Positions 55,672-64,000 of a DNA stretch of 64,000 nt are shown here, one piece after another. Below the pieces are notes generated by a model. It searched no databases. It saw nothing but the letters and a program-made list of their open reading frames with translations, and was not told where the DNA came from. The DNA is from Deltaproteobacteria bacterium (GTDB lineage: Bacteria > Myxococcota > Myxococcia > SLRQ01). Position 1 is the first letter of the stretch. The number at the start of each line of letters is the position of its first letter. The stretch is taken from contig SLRQ01000005.1 of assembly GCA_007130885.1 (NCBI GenBank), forward strand, positions 5,542-69,541. The letters run 5' to 3'. Both the position numbers and the translations under genes were made by a program.

Positions 55672-58668
55672 TTGGTAGACTCTTGCGCTCGGCGCCGTAG
55701 GGTGCCACTTCAGGCGAGTCCTCGAATGACGATCGGAGCGGCTACAGCAAGAGACTTCAAGCAGCCTCCACTGGGTAGAGGCGGTGATGCCCGAGGGCTG
55801 ACGGCTCTGCTGGAGGGGGAAAGCGTAGTTGCCTTGGTAGCGGGTCGGGGTTTCGGTAAAACGAAATTGCTGCAGTGGGCGGCCGCTTCAAACGGCGTCA
55901 ACCTCCATAGCGGCAGCGCTCCCGGGACTTGCTCCCAAGGCGAGCTGGTGGTGATCGATGATGCGGATGATCTGCCAGTAAGGTCGCGTCAAGCTCTGGT
56001 TCGACGCGTTCGCAAGGCTCGGGGTCGTCTTTTGATGGCTTTTCGCGGCCTCGAGAAGGTCCCCTCCGGTTGGACAGTGAGAAAGCTCGGGTGTATCGAA
56101 CGCGTGGATGCCGTTTCGTTGCTCGAGTCGGAGCTCCGAAGCCTCAAAAAGAACATACCTGTCGAGGACATTTGCGATCGTTTGGGAGGCCACCCAGGCC
56201 TGCTTGCCACCGCCATTGAAATCGGCCGAGGGAAAAAGCAGGCGAAGACTTTCTTCTGTGACCTAGGAAGCCGTCTTCGCGCTCAATGGGTCGAACCTCT
56301 TTCGCCGGCCATGCGCCGGGCCTCCGCCATGCTTGCCGCCGCGGGAGGCTGGCTTCCGCTCACCTTGGATGTGAAAGGCTTTCAGAGGGCCGCATCCGAT
56401 TTGGTGAGAGACGGCCTTGCGGACCTCGATGATGGAGCGGTGGTGGTCTCTCCGCTTCTTCTTGCCGCAAAGAACGATCAGCTTGGTCGCGCTGTCTTGA
56501 TTTCAATGGTGGAGGCGCTGCGAGGTCAGAAGCCCATCGAACCTTCCGGCGTCAGACTTGCCGAGGCGAACCTGTTGCAACGGCTCGGTGAAGACGACTT
56601 GGCACTGAGTTCTCTGCGAGGTGCTTACCGATTTATGCGAGGCACACCTCGAAAGGGATGGTTTGAACGCAGTATAATGTGGCTTCAGTCCGAGGAGCCC
56701 AGCGCGCTTGGAGATGCGGCTCGGTTGGCATGGGAGGTTAGGCGAACCGGGTTGTATGGACAGCCGGAGGCCTCCGCCGAGAAGGTACGAAAGCTCTTGG
56801 AGAGGGGCTCGCTGGAGAGCGAGGAAGTCCTCGAGGCCCGTGCCTTTCTGGCATTCCTCAAGATGCGGAAGGGCGAGGGAGAGGAGGCCTTTCAGGATCT
56901 GGAAGGAGTAGTCGAGGATGCTGTCCGCTTGGGTGATCCACACGGCGAGGCGCAGGCGCTCCTATGGCAGGCGCTCCTCTGTTGCATCGGCGATGAACAG
57001 AGGCTGGCGGGCGCCAAGGCCAGCCGTGCGATGAGAGTGGCTCGCCGCACCGGAGTTCCCGCTTTGCATGCGCGAGCCCTCTTTTTTATGGGACGCTGTG
57101 ACCTTCTGGAGGGTGACTGGGAGGCCGCGTCCCGGCGCCTGGAGCAGTCACTTCGTCTTTGTAGGCGCCATAGGCTGGAGGACGATCAAGTGGTTGTGCT
57201 CGATGCGCTTGCAGGTCTTGCCAGCCACATCGGGCGCCCCAGCGAGGCAGCCGAGCACTTGGCCTTGGCGGATGTATTGGCGGGGCGAAGCGGGGTGCCT
57301 TCCAGAAGGGCCGAGCTTGCGGTCACGCGGGCCGAGGTAGCCTTGAAGCGCGGACACGTGACTGAATCCCGCGAGATTTTGGAAGCCGCCGACCGCATTC
57401 TACTCTCCCAGGTCGGAGACGTTTGGAGAAGGGATCTCGTAGCTGCCGAGGCAGCATTGGCCGCCGATGACATTGCCGGCGCCAAGCGAGAGCTGGCCGA
57501 GATGACTCCGCCTCCGGCTATCTCGAAGTCCTGGAGGCGTCGAAAGGCGTTCGTGGCGGCGTGCTTGCTCGAGGAGGGCGTGAAACCGGAGGTGGATCTC
57601 GAGGAGTGTCTCGAAGACCCCTTGGCCGAGCTTTGTCTGCGGCGGGCCGGCGGTGACAGGGAAGGGGCCCTTCGTGCCATCCTCGAGGTCGAAAAGGGGC
57701 TTTCGGATGACGACCTCGAGGGGTGGGTCTTTTTGAGATCGGAGTCCAGCCGTCTTCGGTTCATGGATGGACGTATCGAGGAGGGGACCTCGGATCTACG
57801 GGACCTTCGGCAAAGGCTGGTGCGTGGCAGCCCACCGACCTCCGTAGTCTTGTTCATAGAAGCCATAGAGCATCTGGCACGCGGTGAGTTACTTGCCGCC
57901 GCGAGATGTTCCGCCGCTTCGCTGCGGTTCGCCAGGCGTCTTGGTTACAAGCGAATGGCCGCCTACGCGCTCGAGTGTTTGCTGCTATCCCATTTGATAG
58001 AAGGTCGCTCCCGAGGAGTGCGCTCCCTGCTGGCAAGAGGGCAGCGTATGGTGGCTGAATGCGGCTCGCCGGCCAGAGCCGCGAGGTTCGCGACTTACAA
58101 GGTCGTCTCCGCAATTCGCTTCGGGGAGTCCCCAGAGCCAAAGGACGTCCTGGCGGCGCGGCGGTCGAAGGATCCTCTCGTCGTGGAGCTTGCCGACCTC
58201 GTTTTGGGCAAGCCGCGAGAGCGTGGCCGAAGCGGCGAGGCTGGACCGGGTAGATCTCTTGCCGTTTGGTTCAGGTCCATGGCTCTGACCGGGGCATCCG
58301 AGACGGCATCTCTCGGCGGGATGGAAGGTCCCGCGACCGAGCTGCGTATCGATGGTGAGCGACGGGAGGTCGTGCTGGCCGGTGGGAAGAGGATTTCCTT
58401 CGCCCGGCGCCGGGTTCTATGGAGGCTGCTTTGGAAGCTCTTGGAGGCGAAGGGTAGAGCAACGGATCCCTCTTCCTTGTATTGTTACGCCTGGGAACTA
58501 CCCTTCAACGCCAGTCGGCTGAACTCTCTTTATGTGGGAGTGCGGCGCTTGAGGCTGTTGGTCGAGCCGGATCCCAGCTCTCCCAGGATCATATTGGCCG
58601 CGGAGGGAGGGGGTTACGCCATGGATATAAGAAGAGTGGAGGTTGTGGGACACTCTCCACTGGGTTAG
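55672..58668 (+). CDS. STAND-class P-loop NTPase - TPR-like repeats - C-terminal OmpR/PhoB-type winged-helix (Trans_reg_C) putative regulator
   Basis: Walker A VALVAGRGFGKTKLL, Walker B ELVVIDDADD, and a GxP-like LGGHPGLLATA motif. ~600 aa of helical repeats follow. The C-terminal RRRVLWRLLWKLLEAKGRATDPSSLYCYAWELPFNASRLNSLYVGVRRLRLLVEPDPSSPRIILAAEGGGYAMD fits the Trans_reg_C wHTH pattern (…RLR..L……I.TV.G.GY). Confidence 0.65.
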   Translation: MVDSCARRRRVPLQASPRMTIGAATARDFKQPPLGRGGDARGLTALLEGESVVALVAGRGFGKTKLLQWAAASNGVNLHSGSAPGTCSQGELVVIDDADDLPVRSRQALVRRVRKARGRLLMAFRGLEKVPSGWTVRKLGCIERVDAVSLLESELRSLKKNIPVEDICDRLGGHPGLLATAIEIGRGKKQAKTFFCDLGSRLRAQWVEPLSPAMRRASAMLAAAGGWLPLTLDVKGFQRAASDLVRDGLADLDDGAVVVSPLLLAAKNDQLGRAVLISMVEALRGQKPIEPSGVRLAEANLLQRLGEDDLALSSLRGAYRFMRGTPRKGWFERSIMWLQSEEPSALGDAARLAWEVRRTGLYGQPEASAEKVRKLLERGSLESEEVLEARAFLAFLKMRKGEGEEAFQDLEGVVEDAVRLGDPHGEAQALLWQALLCCIGDEQRLAGAKASRAMRVARRTGVPALHARALFFMGRCDLLEGDWEAASRRLEQSLRLCRRHRLEDDQVVVLDALAGLASHIGRPSEAAEHLALADVLAGRSGVPSRRAELAVTRAEVALKRGHVTESREILEAADRILLSQVGDVWRRDLVAAEAALAADDIAGAKRELAEMTPPPAISKSWRRRKAFVAACLLEEGVKPEVDLEECLEDPLAELCLRRAGGDREGALRAILEVEKGLSDDDLEGWVFLRSESSRLRFMDGRIEEGTSDLRDLRQRLVRGSPPTSVVLFIEAIEHLARGELLAAARCSAASLRFARRLGYKRMAAYALECLLLSHLIEGRSRGVRSLLARGQRMVAECGSPARAARFATYKVVSAIRFGESPEPKDVLAARRSKDPLVVELADLVLGKPRERGRSGEAGPGRSLAVWFRSMALTGASETASLGGMEGPATELRIDGERREVVLAGGKRISFARRRVLWRLLWKLLEAKGRATDPSSLYCYAWELPFNASRLNSLYVGVRRLRLLVEPDPSSPRIILAAEGGGYAMDIRRVEVVGHSPLG

Positions 58669-58683
58669 CCGAGACGTCTTCGG

Positions 58684-59235
58684 CTAGGCCCGGCTGGGTG
58701 CCTCTCTCTCGATCGGGATGGCTTCTTTGTATTGCAGGCGTGCGGCGAGATAGAGGCCGAGAGGCACACCGAAGAAGAGGATGTGCGTGATGGCCTGGAT
58801 GAGCTGGTTCATCTCGAGGAACCATGGGTAAAAGCCTCGTGCGACGAGCTGGAAAGCCACGACCCAGATCAGTAGTCCATAGATGCCGGCTGCCGCGGAG
58901 TGACTCCCGAGGTTATCCCGTACTCCCTTGGGTACGCCCGATGCAACGAAGCCCCAAATAAGCCCAAAGACCGCGGCCATAACGAAGTGGACTCCGATGC
59001 CCACCAGGACGACCCCCGCGGTGATTTGCTCGAAAGCGGCGGCGCCCAGGAGCACCGACGCAAATAACTGCCACGTGTACCCGATTCCCATCCCAGCGGA
59101 AACCGCCCCTATCATCTGGGCGATGGCGAAGACCACACCGCCAATGAGGCCGGCGACTACCGCGTTTCCAAGAATGGTTTGTCGACTTGCCTCGGCGTTC
59201 GCCCGCCTAGCTTTTCTTTCCTTTTCGTTCGACAT
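58684..59235 (-). CDS. hypothetical integral membrane protein (4-5 TM)
   Basis: ATG at 59235 with AAGGAG RBS. Hydrophobic segments VVAGLIGGVVFAIAQMIGAV, VLLGAAAFEQITAGVVLVGIGVHFVMAAVFGLIWGFV, AAAGIYGLLIWVVAFQLV, ITHILFFGVPLGLYLAA. Confidence 0.5.
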   Translation of the reverse strand: MSNEKERKARRANAEASRQTILGNAVVAGLIGGVVFAIAQMIGAVSAGMGIGYTWQLFASVLLGAAAFEQITAGVVLVGIGVHFVMAAVFGLIWGFVASGVPKGVRDNLGSHSAAAGIYGLLIWVVAFQLVARGFYPWFLEMNQLIQAITHILFFGVPLGLYLAARLQYKEAIPIEREAPSRA

Positions 59236-59378
59236 GAGATGCGCTCCTTGAGTCGGACCGCCCAATTAATGCAGCGGTAGCATAAGTTGACCTCTCAAGA
59301 GCAACATCGAAACTACAGAGACACCTTGCAAGGTGGCTTTTTGCCCGAGGGGCGTATACCCGTCGCGACCTAAAAGAA

Positions 59379-60764
59379 TCAGCCGAGCTTTCGTCTTACA
59401 AGTGTCTTCGCTAGGGTTTCCACGAAATCGATGGAGAACACTACCTTGTCGATGTCGAGGTTGTCCGGTGTGTCGCTTGGCAAATGATAGTGCCTTGGCG
59501 GTCCGTAATCGGGATCCAGGCAGGTGAGTCCAACGGCATTCCACCCATGGGCCTGGAAGGCCGCGGCGTCCGATGCACCGACCGGAACCTCGTACCCCTT
59601 GACCTCGGCGAATCGACTATCGGATGCGGCGGCTTCCTGAATGATGCCGGAAAGCCAGGAGGGAATCTTTCGGGGACGTACTTCGCCCTCGGTTTCGAGG
59701 AAATGCAGGTCTCCGAGGGATATACTATCGAGAGCTACGAAAATGGTGCGGTCCTTATCCCATGTTCCTTCCATTTCCCGGGCGAGAGCGTCAGCGCCTC
59801 CCAGACTGGCTTCCTCGCAGCCTGTTACGCAAAAGACGTATTCTACGTCAGGCTGTTTCGATGGAGCTAAACGCTTTGCCAGCACGGGCAAGGCGGCGGA
59901 ACCGCTGAGATTGTCGTTTGCCCCGGGCACTATTTCGTCGTTTATTACCACATGGGCGTTTAGAACCAAGGCGATGGCGGACGGCAGGGTGAGCAGATAC
60001 TCCAGCGGACGCAGAGGCAGCGTGAGAGGACCAAACATGACCCTCATTGCGTCGATCCCCGCCAGCATCAGCTGAGTTACTACCATCAGTTGGACCCCGC
60101 GCCGTAGTGGCTTGAGAATCCCTGGACCCTCCTTGGCGGAGAGAGAAACAAGGGAGGGCCAGAAGGTCATGCCCGTGAAGGCCGCATCCGCGTGACCGAC
60201 AAATACAATCCGAAGCGCCGGCTCGCCTTCCGCCGGCAACACTCCCATGACATTCCTCGATGGCTTGAAGGGAAAGCAGCGTCGTAAAATGTAAGCTTTT
60301 CGTGTTGAGTCGGCCCAATAAGACCCGGCCGCAAGTAAATGCATCGCCAGACCGGCCAGAGGGGCGGCGCCCGAAACGGCCGTGCCGGCCACACCCAGGC
60401 CCGCGTGGAGAACGATATTCTTGTATAAACTATCGTTAAAACGAAAAGAGTGCTCGGAGGTCTCTAGCCCGGTTCTCTCGAACTCCTCGAGGAATATGTC
60501 CAGCGCCCTAGCCTCGTCTTCGCTAGTCGGTTGGCGGCGAGGACACTTATCCACGACCCGACGGACCAACTCATCGATGTACTTTTTTTCCTTTGGGCGG
60601 TTCGGTAGACTCTCGACCGCCTCCTCGGGCTTTAGCTCTCGAACCTTCGCTGATTCGTGTCTCATGACCTTCTTCTTCTTCTTGCTGCTCGGTCTTCTGA
60701 AGGTGCGGCTCGGGGCGGCACCTTTTGTTTCGCTCTTTTTCGTCTTTGTTGCTTTCCTGGGCAT
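59379..60764 (-). CDS. M28-family zinc peptidase-like protein with Lys-rich N-terminal tail and internal hydrophobic region
   Basis: GANDNLSGSAALPVLA is the M28 metal-ligand motif; C-terminal HYHLPSDT. The N-terminus is K-rich (KTKKSETK...SSKKKKK). Hydrophobic stretches in the middle. Confidence 0.6.
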   Translation of the reverse strand: MPRKATKTKKSETKGAAPSRTFRRPSSKKKKKVMRHESAKVRELKPEEAVESLPNRPKEKKYIDELVRRVVDKCPRRQPTSEDEARALDIFLEEFERTGLETSEHSFRFNDSLYKNIVLHAGLGVAGTAVSGAAPLAGLAMHLLAAGSYWADSTRKAYILRRCFPFKPSRNVMGVLPAEGEPALRIVFVGHADAAFTGMTFWPSLVSLSAKEGPGILKPLRRGVQLMVVTQLMLAGIDAMRVMFGPLTLPLRPLEYLLTLPSAIALVLNAHVVINDEIVPGANDNLSGSAALPVLAKRLAPSKQPDVEYVFCVTGCEEASLGGADALAREMEGTWDKDRTIFVALDSISLGDLHFLETEGEVRPRKIPSWLSGIIQEAAASDSRFAEVKGYEVPVGASDAAAFQAHGWNAVGLTCLDPDYGPPRHYHLPSDTPDNLDIDKVVFSIDFVETLAKTLVRRKLG

Positions 60765-60778
60765 TTGCCCTCCTAGCT

Positions 60779-62020
60779 CTAACTGCCGAACTCTTTTTTG
60801 ATAATGCGGAAGCAGGTGTCGGCCACATCCAAGGTGTCCTGAATATCCGCTTCACCGTGCTCTAGCATTATGAACCAGTTGTGATGTGGATGGAGAAGCA
60901 CTCCTCGCTTGGCTGCCTCACCCGAGAAACGTTGACTTCTCCGGAAGTTGTCCTCGTTGGCGAATGTCATGAACGGCAGTGTGGGCGGGCCGCTTAGGGT
61001 TACCTCCAGACCGTTATTTTCCGCTGCTGTGTGGAGGCCCTCCATCAGCATGCGTCCCATCTTCATCATGTGAGATACGGCGTCGGTTCTTTCGAGCTCG
61101 GCAAGGCAGGCCAGCGCGGCAGCTTGTTCCGGTGCGCTGGTATAGTAGGTGCCGGTAAAAAAGACCTTGGATGCGGCGTTCTTCAAATCCTGCGTGCCTA
61201 GGCAAGCCGAGATAGCATATCCATTGGCCATGGCCTTGCAGTAGCAAGTGATGTCGGGCTCGAAGTCGAAGTACTCGTGCGATCCCCTAAGATCCAGGCG
61301 AAATCCCGCCCGGATGTCGTCCGATATCAGCACGACACCGTGACGTTTGCAGAGTCGTTGGAGATCGGACAAGAAACCGTCCGCCGGCATGACCTGATCA
61401 CCAAAAGCCGGATGGTGATAAGGAGTTATGATTATGCATGCCACGTCGCCTTCGTGCTCCAAGAGGAGGTCCTCGGCCTCGGTGGCGTCGTTCCAAGAAA
61501 AGTCCAAAACATGCTCGTAGTCGGACTCGATGAGTCCGCCGATGCCATGGCGACACCAAGACTGTGAGCCGTGGTAGGCGCCTCTCACTTTTATTATCTT
61601 CCGGCGCTGGGTGTGCTCCCTGGCGGCTTGTACCGCGTAGGCGGTGACGTCCGAGCCGTTCTTGCCGAAGGCGCACCAGTCCATGCCGGAAATGGTGGCT
61701 ACCAGCTTCTCCGCCAACTCGACGGCGCGTTCGGTGGGATGGTTGAAGGTTGTGCCCGTTCGACGTTGCTCCGCGGCCGCGGACTCGACTACCGGGTTCT
61801 TGTAGCCGAGCACTATGGGGCCGAAAGCGGCCAAATAATCTATGTAGACGTTTCCATCCACGTCTCGGTAGCGGCATCCTTCGCCTGATTCGGCAAAGTA
61901 GGGAAAAGAACCGGGCACCGCGAAGGCGGGGTTCTTGTTTCCTGATATACCGCTTGGAATTACTCTCGCGGCTCGCTCGAACAGTGCTAGTGATTTGTCG
62001 AAGCAATAGAGCTTCTTCAT
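60779..62020 (-). CDS. class-III (PLP-dependent) aminotransferase, glutamate-1-semialdehyde aminomutase-like
   Basis: ARVIPSGISGNKNPAF...YIDYLAAFGPIVLGYKNPVVESAAAEQ is the class-III AT fold. 413 aa. Confidence 0.75.
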   Translation of the reverse strand: MKKLYCFDKSLALFERAARVIPSGISGNKNPAFAVPGSFPYFAESGEGCRYRDVDGNVYIDYLAAFGPIVLGYKNPVVESAAAEQRRTGTTFNHPTERAVELAEKLVATISGMDWCAFGKNGSDVTAYAVQAAREHTQRRKIIKVRGAYHGSQSWCRHGIGGLIESDYEHVLDFSWNDATEAEDLLLEHEGDVACIIITPYHHPAFGDQVMPADGFLSDLQRLCKRHGVVLISDDIRAGFRLDLRGSHEYFDFEPDITCYCKAMANGYAISACLGTQDLKNAASKVFFTGTYYTSAPEQAAALACLAELERTDAVSHMMKMGRMLMEGLHTAAENNGLEVTLSGPPTLPFMTFANEDNFRRSQRFSGEAAKRGVLLHPHHNWFIMLEHGEADIQDTLDVADTCFRIIKKEFGS

Positions 62021-62041
62021 GATTCATCTCCAAGAAAGCTG

Positions 62042-62875
62042 CTACTGGAGGTAGTGTCCAACTCGATCGAATAAGGTGTTGAACTCGTCGGCCAAGACCA
62101 GGGACCCCGATGCCTTTATGGCTCCGGAACCGTTAGCGGCGAATGTGTCCACCTCGCCCTTGATGAGCGAGACCGCCAAGTCGATGTCCTGAATCTCTAT
62201 TGTAGTGGTGGGATCGGCGATGGTACCACTACGTGCTTCGATGAGGCCGTCTTCCAAAACCACGTGGCAGGCCGGGCCGTCGAGGATGATGTATTGGATG
62301 GTTCCATTGGGCAGATGATTCGCGATTCTCTCGGCGCGCGGATCTTGTAAAGCGATCTGTTGCGTTGCCGATAGGCCTACCAGAAGAGACATCTCCACAT
62401 GGCTCTCTCTGAAACGAGGACTTTGCATGTCCGTGTCCGACGGCTTCAGGTACCGCGTCAATATTTCCGTAAGACGTGTCAGGCGGCTAAGCTCCCCTGC
62501 CTTATGCAGCCCCTTGAAAGGGATCGGTAGCACTTTCCGGCCATCGAACATGTTGTTGAGCTGTGCGCATGATGTAAAAAGCAGACCCAAGTCGGATTTT
62601 CCTTCGCTGCGCGTTTTGATCCGGCCATCGGCGAAGCTCAAAACCACACGTGGGCCGTTCAGCACTCGAAACTCGATGGAGACGCGCATCTTATCCGCAA
62701 TCCGACGGCCCTCCTCGTCGTGGCGGACCACATCCGTGAGTCGCGGCAGCACCGCGAAGAGATGCATTCCAGCCCTGATTCTGTCGTGAATGGAGGGGCT
62801 CGGATCGAGGCCCATCCACTGGAGAACGGGCGATGCAATACCAAATGCTCTTCCTTGCGATGTCATGGAAATCAC
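62042..62875 (-). CDS. hypothetical protein with SCP2-like (sterol-carrier/lipid-binding) C-terminal domain
   Basis: The C-terminus DLAVSLIKGEVDTFAANGSGAIKASGSLVLADEFNTLFD matches the SCP2 consensus pattern. Paralogous to the upstream gene. Confidence 0.45.
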   Translation of the reverse strand: MISMTSQGRAFGIASPVLQWMGLDPSPSIHDRIRAGMHLFAVLPRLTDVVRHDEEGRRIADKMRVSIEFRVLNGPRVVLSFADGRIKTRSEGKSDLGLLFTSCAQLNNMFDGRKVLPIPFKGLHKAGELSRLTRLTEILTRYLKPSDTDMQSPRFRESHVEMSLLVGLSATQQIALQDPRAERIANHLPNGTIQYIILDGPACHVVLEDGLIEARSGTIADPTTTIEIQDIDLAVSLIKGEVDTFAANGSGAIKASGSLVLADEFNTLFDRVGHYLQ

Positions 62876-62901
62876 GATGCTGTTCCTCCGCCGGCCAGGC
62901 C

Positions 62902-63672
62902 TTATCCCATGGTCAGGTTATCCAGTCGTTGCATGAATATGCCTATGTCCTTTCCGCCTTCCATTGCTCCATCCATGCGCACGTAACCTCGCCTGACGGC
63001 TTCGACGGTGCCCACCCGCTGTGTTAGGACCTCGAACGCGCCGTCGATATCCGAGAACACCATGTGCACATACGGTCGTCTTCGTTTGTATGTTCCCAGT
63101 CCGGCCTTGGACTTGCCGGCCTTCATTCGAAGGTACACGGCAGGCCCCCCATCCACGGTTAGCTGAAATACCCTGTCCGGGCTCTTTTCCGCATAAGGGG
63201 TAAGGACCGCGTCTCCACCTTTTATGAGCTGGGACAGACCGCTGGCGATCATCTGCAGCAGCATTTTGACTTTCAGCGTTTTTTCTTCCGGGTCGTCAGG
63301 CATGGCCGAAGGCAATAGGATTTTCAGCTTCAGCAAAAAGGGTAGCAGCCTCGCCAGAGTCGGTATCCCCCAGCGTCCTCTCACGGAGGGCAAGGCGAGG
63401 CCTCCGGCGAAGAAGTTGTTTAGATCCTCGACGGTCTTGAACGTTACGGTCGTCGATGGCTGTGGGTGTCTTCCCGGCTCTACCTCGATGCCTTCGGAGT
63501 GCAGCCTCACCCAAGCTGCCTGCTCACTGTCTCCGGCGGCGAACTGAACTACGCCGTCGGCGCCGTGGAGCAGGTGACGATAAAGGGGCCTCTCCTGCAG
63601 TACCAGCTTCACCAGAGGAAGCGCGGACCGAAGGAAGACCCTTGCTCGTAGTTCTTGAATTGGACGCCCCAT
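62902..63672 (-). CDS. hypothetical SCP2-like protein, paralog of 62042..62875
   Basis: Shares the block ...TFKTVEDLNNFFAGGLALPSVRGRWGIPTLARLLPFL... with ...LLFTSCAQLNNMFDGRKVLPIPFKGLHKAGELSRLTRLTEIL... of the neighbour. Confidence 0.45.
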   Translation of the reverse strand: MGRPIQELRARVFLRSALPLVKLVLQERPLYRHLLHGADGVVQFAAGDSEQAAWVRLHSEGIEVEPGRHPQPSTTVTFKTVEDLNNFFAGGLALPSVRGRWGIPTLARLLPFLLKLKILLPSAMPDDPEEKTLKVKMLLQMIASGLSQLIKGGDAVLTPYAEKSPDRVFQLTVDGGPAVYLRMKAGKSKAGLGTYKRRRPYVHMVFSDIDGAFEVLTQRVGTVEAVRRGYVRMDGAMEGGKDIGIFMQRLDNLTMG

Positions 63673-63673
63673 T

Positions 63674-64000
63674 TCAGATCTCGTCCTCCCAGTCCTCGTC
63701 TGTCTCGAAGTCCTGCTTCAGGACATCGGAGATGGCTCCCATGATTCCGTCGGCGTCGAGTCCATAGCGGTGCAGGAGATCCTCCGGATAGCCTACTATG
63801 GAGAACTCGTCCTGGAAGCCCAGCTTACGGACGGCGCAGCCTTTGCCGCTTTTAGCTATCACGTCGCTCACCGCCGAGCCGAGGCCCCCTATGACATTGT
63901 GATCTTCCACGGTGATGATGCGGCGGGTGTCCATGACCGCCTCCAGAACCGCCTCCTCGTCCAGCGGTTTCAAGGTGTGCATGTCGAGGACGCGCACCGA
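63674..64000 (-). CDS. transketolase-family C-terminal subunit (split transketolase / E1-beta-like), 5' end beyond window
   Basis: …VLDMHTLKPLDEEAVLEAVMDTRRIITVEDHNVIGGLGSAVSDVIA… is the transketolase C-terminal domain. The ORF continues past nt 64000. Confidence 0.7.
   Translation of the reverse strand, partial: SVRVLDMHTLKPLDEEAVLEAVMDTRRIITVEDHNVIGGLGSAVSDVIAKSGKGCAVRKLGFQDEFSIVGYPEDLLHRYGLDADGIMGAISDVLKQDFETDEDWEDEI

Noticed and set aside
1-64000. CRISPR arrays, tRNA/rRNA genes, transposases/integrases
   Set aside because: No short direct repeats with unique spacers were seen. There are no tRNA-like cloverleaf signatures, and no DDE/tyrosine-recombinase-like ORFs among the called genes. 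The only repeat arrays are the 170-bp intergenic tandem and the 30-bp in-frame coding repeat.

Overview
High-GC (~65%) Gram-negative chromosomal segment, densely coded on both strands. The lipoprotein content, DUF4388/PATAN and FHA proteins and an RpoH-like sigma factor would fit a Myxococcota-like deltaproteobacterial lineage, but the sequence alone does not prove it. Most genes are housekeeping: galU (5' partial), priA, def, an RND efflux pair, a CPA1 K+/H+ antiporter, a P-type ATPase, serC, psd, alaS, fur, ribA, folE-queD-ahcY, clpS-clpA, gmd and a transketolase fragment at the 3' edge. A complete cobalamin-riboswitch-controlled B12 uptake operon (btuB-lipoprotein-btuF-btuC-btuD) sits on the minus strand; its embedded beta-propeller lipoprotein resembles BtuG. 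Items the gene calls do not explain: (i) a tandem array of 2.3 copies of a ~170-bp unit at 14.43-14.84 kb, each unit a long imperfect hairpin, in the leader of a TonB-like gene and next to a terminator; (ii) a two-gene module at 54.1-58.7 kb encoding an RG-rich alpha-repeat protein followed by a compact STAND-type P-loop NTPase with TPR repeats and an unusual C-terminal OmpR-type winged helix; (iii) a receiver-PATAN(DUF4388)-J-like protein with a 3x30-bp in-frame DNA repeat; (iv) a BamD-linked FHA-DUF4388 cluster; (v) a ~1115-aa PKD-repeat lipoprotein with a novel Cys/Trp-rich C-terminal domain; (vi) a putative operon of split transketolase, two paralogous SCP2-like proteins, a class-III aminotransferase and an M28 peptidase. 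No tRNA, rRNA, CRISPR array or obvious mobile element was seen. Start codons are approximate; the ORF track uses alternative starts, and where an RBS-supported ATG or GTG was visible I moved the start.
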